From contig CM039002.1 in the NCBI GenBank assembly GCA_017499595.2, forward strand, positions 1,984,001-2,048,000: a stretch of 64,000 nucleotides of DNA. Reading direction: 5' to 3'. The translations under genes and the position numbers were made by a program. A model generated the notes under the pieces. That model ran no database searches and was not told the DNA's origin. It saw only the letters and a list, made by a program, of their open reading frames with translations. The DNA is from Psilocybe cubensis (lineage: Eukaryota). Of the stretch, positions 13,511 through 26,700 are shown piece after piece; the stretch's first letter is position 1, and each line of letters starts with the position of its first letter.

Positions 13511-14282
13511 CTAATGCTCAATATTACTTTGTTAGATTTTTATTTCCAAGTCTTGCTGTGCTATTTGTTCAAAATACTTTTATTTTTTTTGCGTTGTAAG
13601 GCATGCAAAATGTTTTGAATAAAAAACATAATATTCCTTGCACCAACCAACAATAACAAAACAGGCAAAACTCATAGAGCGCCTGAAGTCAACATCGTTG
13701 GGAGAGATACGTTATCTGCAAAGATAAGATTATATATGGTCACATGACAATTGCACGCCAAATCAGATAAGATTGAAGGTTCACAATTATTGATCAGTAA
13801 CCAGCACAGCCATAGGAGCAGCAATCAGACAGCGCATAGCCTCATATCTAAAAATAGATAATCAGCACAGCCTATTTGATGTGTTGTCAAGGCAACATTC
13901 TTGAACATTCCATTGACTAATAACAATGACACATATTAGTAATCTCCTGCTCGGCGCTTAGTGAACACAATAGAAACGCTTATAAACCACCATCCGGCGC
14001 TTACTTGCTCTGCCAAAAGTAGCCAGAACAATAGAATTAGGATTGGTAAGAGGTTTAGAGTTTAATCAGCCTATCCCTATATGGAAATCACTATTGTGAT
14101 TATGTAAGCTTAGGAAAAGGTATATAAAGGCTCAGAAAATTTTGGGCAGTAGCTAAGTTTCCCTTTTCAATAGCACCCCAAAACTTGCTCAAACCCTGTA
14201 ATTGCTAGTTATTTCTTGCAATAAACTTATACTACTTAAACTCTGCGTGTCTGTTATAACAATCAAGTTCAGTCTAAACCAA

Positions 14283-14560
14283 TCCGTCAGTTCCGTCCGT
14301 CAGTTCCGTCCATCAAAATCCGTCCGTCAGTTCTGTCCGTCAGTTCCATCCGTCAAGTTCCGCCTGTCAATCAGTCAGTCAGTTCCGTCCGTCAGTTCTG
14401 TCCGTTAGTTCTGTCCGTCAGTTCTGTCCGTCAGTTCCATCCGTCAGTTCCGTCCGTCAGTTCCGTCCGTCAATTCCATCCGTCAGTTCCGTCCGTCAGT
14501 TCCGTCCGTCAATTCCGTCCGTCAGTTCCGTCCGTCAGTTCCGTCCAACAGTCAAACCAA
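14283..14560. repeat. Tandem minisatellite, about 13-bp unit CCGTCAGTTCCGT
   Basis: Roughly 20 units, most homogeneous at 14385-14545. Confidence 0.92.
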
Positions 14561-14900
14561 CCGTCAAATTGCCACTTTAAATACTGAGCTTTAGGTGTGT
14601 TACTCAAATATAAAATTTTACTAACAAATATTCTTTTCAGATTAACTTCCTTAAAACACATTAAATATTTCTACACATACCTGCCTCTAATTGCACTTGA
14701 GAAAACTTGTGGAAAACACACCAAATTGATTAAAACCTTGAATCCATCGAACAACTGGAATAATCTGATATTTGACTATCCGGTGAAACCCAGGTGAACT
14801 TAAAAATCACGTTGACAGCGTAAGCATTCTGAACGATACAATTTTTTAGCAAAACATACAAAATGGTACTGGAAAAGGTCTACTTCAAACCCTAATTAAT

Positions 14901-17424
14901 CTATTCGGTAATAAAGGAGAGTTTACTCTTTTTGGATCTTTCTTTTTCAGGAGAAGATTCTCGAAGAACGATGTGCTTCAGCTTCAAGGCTTTGCACACC
15001 CAATTCATGTCCTTGTTGCATAAGGTCCTGTGTTCCTCAAGAAACTGTTCAATCTTGCGAGCACCACCATCTCAGTAAACAGGGGATTCTGTGGTTCTGT
15101 TTACAATAGTTAACATTTGAGAATTAGTACAAGAATTAAGCAACCGTGAACGTACGAATAATATTGTGGGTCAATTAGACACATGATTCCTTGTTTATCT
15201 CGAGCGCCTATGCAAAGTTTGTTTCAATTTCTGTCCATGCTTGGTACACATAATCTTACCTTGTAAATCACAAAACAATAGCTGATTGTCGGAATAGACG
15301 GCACTAAAATGGGCAAATGCATGAATGGCTTGGGCGAGGTGATCTTCAGGATTTTCTGCAATGTTATTTCCAGTAAATTTTCGGATTCCTGGATCTGCCT
15401 CTCCACAAGAAAGTAGGAGAGTAGCAATAAAGTATGGACAAGGCAGTGGAAAACCATCTGAAGCGGGTGATGGAACAATTTCGCCAAAGATTGAAGAAGC
15501 AAAGTTAAAATAAAAACCTTTTATGTGCCTCATTTAATCGCCACAAAGAATTTCAAAAGAATAAGCGCTTACGAGAAATGGTTTTCATGTTGACTTGTAT
15601 TGCAAGTTTGTCAAATTCTGCCTTAAATGCGTCCCCTTGGCATAACAATTTGTATTCCTCCCGAAGCACATGTTGTGCCGTGGAACTGGAAATACCAACT
15701 GGTTGAGTTAATACATATTCCTTTCCACCAAATTGTGCCTGCAATGAGGGATTATCAATCATCTGTCATCAAAATTAGAAGGTGCACATACATAGATTCC
15801 CCTCTTTGTAAACCCTTCTCCAATAAATCCCGAGTCTGATTTTGAATGCCATTTTTCGGCAATTTCAATTGTTTCTTCAACCATCTCTTTAGTCCATACA
15901 AGGTGACCCGTCTGAATATCATACGTCACAGAAGTCCGAATAAACTTATAAGGAACCATCTGCACGTTTCTTGTCCAGCTACCAGTATTATCTGAGGCTT
16001 TCATCCGTAGCCATGCGCTTTTCAAAACTACCACCTGGTCCTGCGAGTTAGTAGCTTTAGCAGAAAATAAAGCACTACGGGACCCGTGTGCTTCCTTTCT
16101 CAAGCGACGAGAAGAGCCTGCAGGTATGCTTCGTTTCCTTTTGTTCCCCAACAAAGCCAGGCTTACACCAAGACATTCAATGCCATCGGAATCATCATCA
16201 TCTGACAACACACTGCCGCCTCCACCATTAAACTGTGTATTATATTTTTCTATTAGTAGACTGATTAAATTGATATATCACGCTTACTCACCACCTTGGT
16301 CTTCTCGTATGTTAGTCGTATATCAATTTCACGATTTTCAAGCTTCTTCTGACTACCAATCTTTTTTTTCAAGAATTCTTCTTTAAAAAGAGTCACCATA
16401 GATTTTGCTTGGTCAAAATGCTGAAGAGACGAGAATCTAGTCTGATTCTCTTGGGCATAGACAGAAACATTTGCCCTGTTATTCCTGTCAATGCAGCCCA
16501 TAGTCACAAACGACAAAATGTGCAAGGCATACCAAGTAAGTTGTTCTGTTCCCGGATGCTTTGCTTCAAAATCATCCCTAATTCGTAACAGAATCTTGTC
16601 AAAAGCAAGCTTCGTTGAAATGTCGGGATCAAATCTTTCAATAATTTGAAATTCCTTCATCTAGACGGAAATAGATTGTTAGACATTGAAGGTAAAGCAT
16701 AGTCATGTGCCAAAAAAGCATACTACAGGCATACCTGGTTGAGCTTGTTTCTATTTGACTCCTACAAGCAGGCCGTAACACGGATACCGTTATCGAGTAA
16801 CTTGGCTTCTTCTTTCTTAGCCTTTCTTACTGCTTGAATTTTAGCAGCGGAATCAAGATTACGGTTTTTGCTTTGAAATCCAACCAATCCCGGACTTTTA
16901 TAGGCAATTGGGGTCTGAGCTAGACGTGTATTTGAAGCCTTTTTCATATGCTCGCTAGCTGCCTCCATAATGGAATCTACTAGTAAGTTTTCTGACGGCA
17001 TATTTTGAACGGTGGCATCGTCTTGTGGTACCTCTTTTTTAAAAATAAGCTCTGGAACACCAGGTAGGCCTAAAATGCTAGTAGGAATAGCATCGGCTTT
17101 CTCTAGTATGTTTGTTGTGAGTTATCATATTAAAGATAGATTGACAATGGCAGTCAAATGGTACGTACTATAGTGTTTGATACAGATCTTACAGATCGGA
17201 TGCTCAAGACCTGGAGTCACAAGTCCGCATCCGGCACATTGTAGATTATTCTAGCAAAAGTTTGATTAGAAGAAAAGGTTACTAGTAAATAAGTTACTGA
17301 CCATCAAAGTATATAATTGTAATTGTGAAAGTCCTGCGCGTTTGCCTAGGCATTTTCCACATTTTTCATTTGGTTCCAGGCGAGGAAAGCTAAAGCCACA
17401 TCCACCAGCACAAAATAGGGTCAT
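14901..17424 (-). pseudogene. Alpha-kinase (MHCK/eEF2K-like) with N-terminal Cys-rich putative Zn-binding domain; two in-frame stops
   Basis: N-term CAGGC..CGKC..CAGC..CKIC; kinase motifs FIGEGFTKRGIY, RKFTGNN, IHAFAHFS, LLFCDLQG, CLIDPQ, Y*DGG, H..LC...VC..L. TAG at 16762-16764 and TGA at 15072-15074. Confidence 0.82.
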
Positions 17425-17643
17425 AGTAAGGTTACAAGGACGGTTTACACCAGTGTATGTTTGAACCTAACAATAGACTATAAAAAATGAACTTTGTTTA
17501 TGTTCACCAGACCTGAACCGTTCCGAGATCTGAGCTCAACGGAGACCTGATCTATCCTTCTTAATAAGGAATGATTAAATTGTATTCAAGTAAGTATTCT
17601 CAGAATTTAATTGACTTAGACGCCTACAAAGAATTTTGTTTAT

Positions 17644-19209
17644 CTATGGAAAAAGAATAGGAAGCATGCGTCCAAAGATTACCCAAACATTTCCCAAGGT
17701 AAGACGGTCAGAAAATCCTAATGAGTCAAATGCTTTCTGTGCTTCGTTAGCAAATTCAGCGGATACAAAGCTCAAGAGCTCTTCGCCTCCCATCTTCTCC
17801 TTAATTTCTCGAACCACATCAAGATCAACCGGTTGAAGACAATTAATCCCTCCCCATCTCTCCGGAAATAAAAAAGCCTCATTCCGAGAGCAACCAGATG
17901 GGCCTGCCTTTTTGGAATCTTTACGCATGCGAACACCATTTTGGAACTCCATAAATTGATCAAGCTCGCACTGTAGCATTCGTGGCCAAAGCCAAAGACA
18001 TAACTGCCTATTAAATATAGTAAATTAGAATGTGCCCCAGATGAATTAGAATCAAATAAACATACTTTTGACGGATATCATCTGGATTATACAGACCGGC
18101 ATCAATTCCTCGGTTGAAAATGATAACTGCATTGTTTCCCCATTTGAGGCGAAGGCGTAGCCATGATCTCTCAATTGAAATATTATGTACACTTCGAAGG
18201 TAAACATGTGCCGGCAGTTCTGAGGAATCCAAATTCGCTTGAAATGCATTTCTATATCAGGATAGGCAAACTCGAAACGCTGCAGTAGTACACAAATATA
18301 ATACTAAGCATACCGCAAAGCATTGATTAATCCATAGAGTTGAGTAGTCTCAGAGCCACAGTCTGTTGTGAACTGAAGCGGCATTCCTAAAGCAAAATAA
18401 CAATGTAAATGTTTATGATAGAATACATAATTGAAAAATCTGGACATACCACCCATTTTTTCCACAAGAACCAGAAATAGGTACCCTATAACTGTTGCCA
18501 AGCGATTGCTAGGAACAACCCAAGCTCCAATCCATTTAGAAGTTGCATCATCAACAACACCCCATATTGGAAACCCAATGCTGTTGAGTTTATTGTGACC
18601 ATCACCGGACCAACGCTCATTGATACCAATCGGTGCTTTCCTAACCCGGAAAACCTTCTTTGATGTCGGTTTCCGAAGATCAAATCCGTCAGGATCTTGA
18701 ATGTGCATGATATCGGAGACAAAATCACGGGGTAAATGTATCCCATAATTGCTGGCAATGCGAGCACGAATTGTGGAAACTCCACGTCCTTTGCTAGGAT
18801 CGTCATTAAGCTCAAGAATGATATACTGAACTTTCTCCGAGTAAGACATTTCTCGTTGGTTGACTCTACTTCCAACCAACCCAAGGTCATTTCGGCGCCT
18901 CTTAACAGTAGAAAGGCTGTATAATATATCCATTGTTTATTAGTAAAAATTACAACTTTTAGTTCAAATACAAATATACCTTATTTTGAGCCCTAGCTCT
19001 CTTTCAAGATGGGAAGGAATATCCTTCACTGCGACCAGTTCTCGGTGATACCACTCAAATGCCTCACGGAGTTCGACGTCATTGGCATCGGCTAGTCACA
19101 CAAACAAGACTTGAGCACAAATAACAGAAAACAAAAAATCATTGAAATGTTACTCACGGACTTTAGCATATTGATTTTGACCAATGGGATTTTGATTATA
19201 CGATGACAT
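17644..19209 (-). CDS. Integrase-core (IS3/IS481-like) DDE transposase, 6 exons, no stop seen
   Basis: MSSYNQNPIGQNQY; HTH-like ERELGLKISLSTVKRRRNDLGL; WSGDGHNKL (D1); PLQFTTDCGSE (D2); SVHNISIERSW (E); WLWPRMLQCELD. Confidence 0.85.
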
Positions 19210-22200
19210 AATTCTAGACAGGACATTCAAACATTAGCAAGACAGGAAAAATTTATAATAGAAACATACCTAATTCACCAATGATAGAGTAGCAGCGGTA
19301 ACAAGCTAGTAAGTGGCTGTTGCTGTGGACTTGTCGTTTCATTGCCCAGTATATATAGGAAAAACAGCATAAACAATTTGACTATTCTTTCAGAAATTGA
19401 CGGACTTGAAGTCTCAAACCCAATGCCCAAATTTCTCAAAGTCCAAAGTATTACGTCCTAGAATGGATGCAGAGCGCGGTAGAATGCAGGCTTTGAGAAA
19501 TTCTTAATGAGCAAATTTTTGCTCCGTGCAACGTGCAATTGTTCAAGAACATTTCTTTGCACACATTATTAAGTACAGGTAAGAGAAGAGAGGTTTATCT
19601 TGCTACTAGAAACCTCATATCCTTGTGCAATTAAATAAAATCGGACTCTTACTCAGCACCGGTCAAGGCATAGAAGCTCAGAGTACCAACAATGGACTCA
19701 TACCCTTGTGCAATGCGGCAGTAAAGTCAGGCCATTAGTGAATTTTAGAGCACCAATGGCTGACTCGTGTCTTTGCATGGTGCAGTAGAATCAGGCCATT
19801 ACTGAGCACAAATAAAAAGTGGAAGCATAGAGTGCCAACCCGGCCAATATGTTGACGTTCTAAAGATGTACTTTCTCACTAATTGCCGCCTGTTTTATCT
19901 AAGTCCCACTTTCACCTTGCTCGTTCAGCCACATTACCTTGCTTGTAATTATTTGTAAACTGATCGATACAATATGAGTACAAGTTCTTGATGCCTTTCG
20001 GTCTTTGGGTACGGAATACGCACGACGGCGGGGTGAGAATACACGGTGGCAAAATCACCGAGTGTGACAATAAAAGTGGGTATACAGAAGACAGATAGGA
20101 GACCTGTATTACATACACGGACCCCAATGCCAAAAATACGCGATTCGAACTTCAAATCAGACCTGAGCTGTCCCGCCAACCGTAGGCTACATAGAAATGA
20201 CTAGGAGAAAACGGATTCAAGTTCATAAAATCTGGGCGCTGGGAAAACGTTACGGAGTCACGTGATTGAATTGACGTGCTACAAAATCTACACCGGTTGA
20301 TGAGTCACGGTCAAGTAAACGTAAATATATGCGCATATATGTACCAACAAGGTGACCAGAATGGGTTTCTGGTTATTAAATACACTCTAGAGAAGGCAGT
20401 AATTAAGGCAGAGAGAAAAAAGCCATGAAAAGGTATAAAACAGTCAGTTAGGCTTGTGTGATGAAAAAGAGAGCATGTCTTTCACCTTTTGAGCTCTATT
20501 TACAGTTATGAGGTGCAGAAAAAGAGGCATAGCAATGTTGATTGAAACCAGAGAGCACCGTAGTCAGAGTGGTGGACATGAAAGGGTAGAAAAAAAGCGA
20601 CTTGGGCATGTCTCAGATTCTTATGCTCAAAACGGATGTTCAGTCTCCAATTTAATTTGTCAGCAGAGACGGGCCTCTCTAATTTATTTTTCTTGAAGTT
20701 AAATTTCCCACGTACATGTAATTCTTATGACAATGGTGTTGTATTGGAAACAACCTCCCAGTGTCATACGTATTACGTGTGGTCAGTAAAATTTCTTGTA
20801 CCTAAATCATTTTTAACATATTTGAAGCCCTTTAATCATTTGTGTCAGCAAAAAGTTAAACTCAATGTTTTATTCTTTGTTTTTATTTTTAATCAATTGT
20901 TCCCTGCAAGTTTTATGGCAAACAAATCATTAAGAGATAAATGTAAGTACATGGAATATTTTGTACTGAACTTTGAGGTGTATAAATGTTTGTGGAGCAT
21001 TCAAATGCTCTCCAAATGTTTTGTGCACCTCCAAATTTTAGTGAAATGTTTTTGTGTAACTTAACATGTCATGAAAAACATTGACCTGCTTAAAAAGGCA
21101 CAAAAGGCATTTGGATATCTGGTCACTTTTGCCGATGTAGATGTCCATACTGGCAATGCAGGTATAGACCACAAAAATGAGGAGATCAAAAGTCTCTGCT
21201 ATCGTTATGTTATCCCTTGTTCCTCTGAGGCAGATGCTTGGTATGTCTTCCACTAAAAAGACCTAGACACCAAAATGTTAGCTAGATGTGCAATAAACCC
21301 AAAAAGTCTGAAGCCTGACATTGATTTTTTTACCATCAACAGGCAATACTTTGGACCTAGTAACACTTTTTAAAAAATGTAATGACCTTTGGAGCCTAGA
21401 ATCTTACGGTGGGTCTTCTGCCATTTTATTGACTAAACCTACAACATGTTTAGGGAATGGGTGTCTGGTTCCATTCAAATAGTTGGCCAGATAGTTGCGC
21501 ATCAGTATGATAAAATTTGATTGGCAGTTTAAACAGGTGTTTCTTGGTTGGATATACAAAATTGTGATTCTGCTTAACAGTTGGGTAGGGGATTTCAATT
21601 TCCTACTGCAAGCTTCCAAAATAAGTGCCTTGGAACAAGATTTCCAGGTATATATAGATAAAGTCAGTAAAAAGCAGCCAATAGAGACACTTGACCAACC
21701 TCTCCAAAGGTAGATAAAGGACAAGGGAAAGGGATAAGTAGCCCCTTTTTGAAAGCCTAAAATTCAGGGAAGCAATCAATCTGGTCGTGTTTTAGACCAA
21801 AAAAGCAGCCCAGAACAAGTGCTTCCTTTAGAATTGCTCTTTGCTCAGACATAAAATTTTGGATTGACTAGGATTTTATTAAATGTAATGTTAAACAAAT
21901 AAGTAAAAAAATAAACCTCCATGGATGTCCCAGTCAATATCACTCTGATAGTCTAGGTCAGAATGGAGTTAGTAGTATCAATAGACTTTGCAATATTGTC
22001 AAAAACAGATGCCCAAGCACTGTTTAGAGTAGGGTATAGTTTAACAAGCCATTTCCGGTCAGAAATAAAAGAATCAATGCCCTCAATTGCGAATTAGAAT
22101 AGAGCAGAGCTCAGACAAGATGGAAGAAAATAGACCTTGTAAATAATAAAGGCCAACACAACTCTGAGAATGAAATACTTATTTTGTATTTCTTTGGTAA

Positions 22201-22874
22201 CCAATAAAGGTTCAGACAAAATAAAGAGAGTATTGTAGTTGTCATCAAGTTTTGTAAGCAACGACTTTGAAATTTCTTTAAACATTATTACTAAAACTTT
22301 GCAAAGAACTCCATTGCCATAAGCATTGTTTGTAACCCTTTCTCTATAGATTGATAAGCCCCAAAATATAACCCTCCAAAAAAAACTTACGCGCAAATAG
22401 TCCAAAACTTGAATTTAAATATGTCTTGCAATGTGCTCCCGGTTGTGATACATCTGCAGAAAAAGAAAAAATTCAGTAGTGCTATGGTTGTATAATAAGC
22501 TGGGTAGTCTTGTTGACTGCCCCCCTATTTTATTGCTCCTGTAGCTTCCTACCAAAAGTCAGTAGGTTTTGTAGATTTTTTAGTCATATATGTAGCTTTT
22601 GTAGTCTTCTGTAATTTTAATAAATAGTATAATATTAATCTATAGGTACTACATTGCTAACTATATATTTTTATGCACAATTTAATATTGAGTAAAAATC
22701 ATTAATAGGGCAGTTGGTATCATTAATATCTTTATTAGCCATTCTACTCCGTCCAATTAGCTGACTTTGGATAGTAAGCCTCCATCCAGTCTAACAACAT
22801 ATTATACCTCTATCTAACTCTCTTCAACTTGTCTACTATTAGAATCTGTTAAGTAAATAATAACAGAAAAGATA

Positions 22875-22945
22875 TGGTTAAGACTAGAATCGAACCAATG
22901 ACTCCCAAGTATGTTGCCAATACTTTACCACTGAGCTATATGACC
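22875..22945 (-). pseudogene. tRNA-like sequence (degenerate)
   Basis: GGTCATA-TAGCTCAGTGGTAAAG (A box) ... ATTGG-TTCGATT-CTAGT (T arm/B box) ... ACCA; acceptor and anticodon stems mostly unpaired. Confidence 0.6.
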
Positions 22946-23130
22946 TATAAATAGATTGAGAGTTATATGTCAATATCCACTATTGAATCCATTATTTAGA
23001 CTCTGTGTTGTGTTTGTTAATATTGACATTAGTATTGTTGTTATTCCACTTATTCTATTCCATCTAATTCCATATCATAAAATCCCATAACTCAATTGAC
23101 ATTTACGCTATAGTCCATATTGTTTTGTAA

Positions 23131-23202
23131 AGTCTTATGGTCTACTGGTTAAGGACAGTCTATTTTTGGCTAAGGTTGATGGTTCAATCCTTGAGCAGGC
23201 CA
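23131..23202 (+). pseudogene. tRNA-like sequence (degenerate)
   Basis: TGGTCTACTGGTTAAGGAC (D arm/A box) and GGTTCAATCC (B box) at tRNA spacing. Confidence 0.5.
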
Positions 23203-23771
23203 TTTATTTCGCTCGCAGACTACAAAGTCTATAAGTATATTGTAAGTACTACTGTATGTTGCATGGGCCTTGATTATATAGTTTCCATAAATTACTGTAT
23301 ATTGTGAATACAATGTATTAAACCTATGTAATGAAAATATATTAGATAATGATGTTATGTAAGGCTACTAAGTGCAAAAAAGGCTACTGGAAAGTGTGGT
23401 TACTACGGTGTCTACTGTAATATAGGTGTGTACTACTGAAAAAAACCTTTTCCGCTGATGTATCAAAGGAAGAGTAACACTTGCTTGTCTTTGCAAGAGG
23501 GCAAATAAAACTTTGGTTGAGACACAGCAATACCTCTAAAAATCCTACAGCAGCATCTCAAACGGAATCTGCGGAAATATCAAACATATAATGTTCCACT
23601 TCTGTTGCACAATGCAACATAATAAATGATTCCAAGATACAAAAGTCCTTGCCATTGAATGCAGAAATGATTGGGGCAGGATTAAAGACAGCGGGAATTG
23701 CAGGGTCTCTATTGGAGGAGGCGGGTTCAGGACTTTCCACAGAAACAGGACCAGAAGATGCAGGACTCGTA

Positions 23772-26700
23772 GCTTCCAACCAAATCAAACGGTCAAGGTA
23801 ACTGGTTACAAGGCGATTTGTTATCTTACCTATAATCTTTGAAATGATTCATTTGAGTTACCTGGCCAATTCATTAAGTCTGCCTGCCAGAGTGCTGATT
23901 TATTTTATAACTCTACTACTTGCTTATGTATATTATTTCATTTCATTCTGGTGTGCTTTCATTAACATTAATTCATTTTATTCTGGTGCGATTTCATAAA
24001 TATTAATGCATTTCATTTAACTGGTATGATTAATCTTATCTGTGATTATGCAAGAATCTAGCACTATTTTTGATTCAGGAACTCGGACTAAATATATTAG
24101 AATTAGGTCTGATAGCCATTACATCAGGGCCCTGTCCCTGCCCCTTCCCTTAGCTCCTGGCTCTATAAATAACACTCATCCTATGCTACTTTTGTGCATT
24201 GCTGGCAATGGATTGGGCGCTTTTGGGGGCATTTCTGGACCGTTTCCCTTGGTTTTTTTTGATAGACCTATAGTTTTAAAGTGTCCCAATCCGAATATGA
24301 AATCAAAATTGCAATATCTTTACTCATTATTGTGTAATTAAGCGTACAATGTTTTGGCCAAAAAGCGCACCTTGAATAGCACCCTCCAGGGGTTGGTATG
24401 CACCCTTTTGACTATGCCATTATTTATTATTTATGTTAGACGGAGTACATGCCAAGTTTCAACTCAATTGAAGCAGTGGAACCTATTGAACTAGGATGTG
24501 CACCCTACCCCTCCTCCTACCCCTTGTATAAATGCCTTCCTGATCAGATAAATTCAGGCCCAACTAGGGCTGGGTAGGCGCGCATTATACCAATTTTTAG
24601 AGCCCAAAATCATGGTGCAACTCTAAGATTTAAGGGTACTACCTCCCATCTTCTCCAGAATTTGTGTATTTTATTATACCATAGGATGGGCTCTCAGACC
24701 ATTAAAAAACATGTAGATCTACTACTAACAGTACATAGAGTCCAAAATTTACCCTTAAAAGCCCTCTGCAGCAAGAGAGCATACTGATTCAAGGGGGGGT
24801 ATGAGGACAGGTATGGTAGGTTATTGATCAGGCCATATCTCTACAAATACTTCGTCATAAATCATGTTCTTGACGTCTACAGATACCTATAGATGCCTCC
24901 TAAATATCATTTTCAGTGCCTAAAAAGATCCATCCATTAGATGAGACACTGCAGAGAGAATACCAATCTTCATCAAAATGCACAGTATTTTCGCATTTAC
25001 CATATATAAACATTCAAGATCAGGAAATATAAAAGCAGGATAGTATAGCCCCAAAATGTAGCTTTCCAGAACATCAAGAATGTTGTGCATCGGACCAGTG
25101 GGTGTTGAGATATGGAAAGAAAGGTGTTGAAGAACCCATTAGAGACCCGGATGGATATTGGCCTTTATTTATGCTTTGTTTGTGGTCACCTCTTTGGCCT
25201 TTCTCCGAGATACATTTTGACATATCTCAGCTCATACTAATCGGATTTCTATGCGGCTATATACCACAGATAGGTATCATTTAGGGCTACACAGCCGTAT
25301 AGTTTATGTATTTTATAAGAGTTATCTTTCACATCATATTTCGCTTTTCCTCCATTTTTGAACAATAATGCTTATTCTTCTTGTACCATCTTGTTAAGCG
25401 TTCTGGCCATTTAGCAGCATAAGTATAATATGTAGAGGACCTTGGTAGCTATCTGTGAATGTAAGGTATGTGCATTTTGGTGAAGTATAAGCGGTGATAT
25501 GGTCATATTATGTTGCATATCCAATACCTTCTTATTAGCCTCATAACCAAGGTGTTCCCCATATTCCAGAATGTTTCAAAGGTATGTATTGCATCTGTGG
25601 TACTATATAGAGCAGATTTACATACCTATATGTGCTGGGAATGGCCATTCTATCCCATAATAAAATATACAAATTCTGGAGAAGATGGGAGGTAGTACCC
25701 TTAAATCTTAGAGTTGCACCATGATTTTGGGCTCTAAAAATTGGTATAATGCGCGCCTACCCAGCCCTAGTTGGGCCTGAATTTATCTGATCAGGAAGGC
25801 ATTTATACAAGGGGTAGGAGGAGGGGTAGGGTGCACATCCTAGTTCAATAGGTTCCACTGCTTCAATTGAGTTGAAACTTGGCATGTACTCCGTCTAACA
25901 TAAATAATAAATAATGGCATAGTCAAAAGGGTGCATACCAACCCCTGGAGGGTGCTATTCACATATTATACTTATGCTGCTAAATGGCCAGAACGCTTAA
26001 CAAGATGGTACAAGAAGAATAAGCATTATTGTTCAAAAATGGAGGAAAAGCGAAATATGATGTGAAAGATAACTCTTATAAAATACATAAACTATACGGC
26101 TGTGTAGCCCTAAATGATACCTATCTGTGGTATATAGCCGCATAGAAATCCGATTAGTATGAGCTGAGATATGTCAAAATGTATCTCGGAGAAAGGCCAA
26201 AGAGGTGACCACAAACAAAGCATAAATAAAGGCCAATATCCATCCGGGTCTCTAATGGGTTCTTCAACACCTTTCTTTCCATATCTCAACACCCACTGGT
26301 CCGATGCACAACATTCTTGATGTTCTGGAAAGCTACATTTTGGGGCTATACTATCCTGCTTTTATATTTCCTGATCTTGAATGTTTATATATGGTAAATG
26401 CGAAAATACTGTGCATTTTGATGAAGATTGGTATTCTCTCTGCAGTGTCTCATCTAATGGATGGATCTTTTTAGGCACTGAAAATGATATTTAGGAGGCA
26501 TCTATAGGTATCTGTAGACGTCAAGAACATGATTTATGACGAAGTATTTGTAGAGATATGGCCTGATCAATAACCTACCATACCTGTCCTCATACCCCCC
26601 CTTGAATCAGTATGCTCTCTTGCTGCAGAGGGCTTTTAAGGGTAAATTTTGGACTCTATGTACTGTTAGTAGTAGATCTACATGTTTTTTAATGGTCTGA

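Larger units (their letters stand above)
12080..20184 (-). mobile_element. IS3EU-like DNA transposon (8105 bp) with DDE transposase and alpha-kinase passenger
   Basis: 26-bp TIRs TACGGTTGGCG(A/G)GACAGCTCAGGTCT at 12080 and ending 20184; exact 6-bp TSD GGCTAC at 12074-12079 and 20185-20190; TAC..GTA termini; integrase-core gene inside. Confidence 0.88.
22451..23460. mobile_element. 1010-bp non-autonomous TIR element with TA TSD
   Basis: Imperfect about 30-bp TIRs CATC(T/A)GC(A/G)GAAAA...TTCAGTAGT; TA at 22449-22450 and 23461-23462; empty site TGATATCA restores the interrupted reading frame. Confidence 0.8.

Noticed and set aside
12899-13618. Overlapping Cys/His/Leu-rich ORFs as a third transposon gene
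   Set aside because: They arise from a degenerate triplet-like repeat; no domain or consistent exon structure.
14283-14560. Possible CRISPR array or telomeric repeat
   Set aside because: No unique spacers, eukaryotic context, and the unit is not TTAGGG-like.
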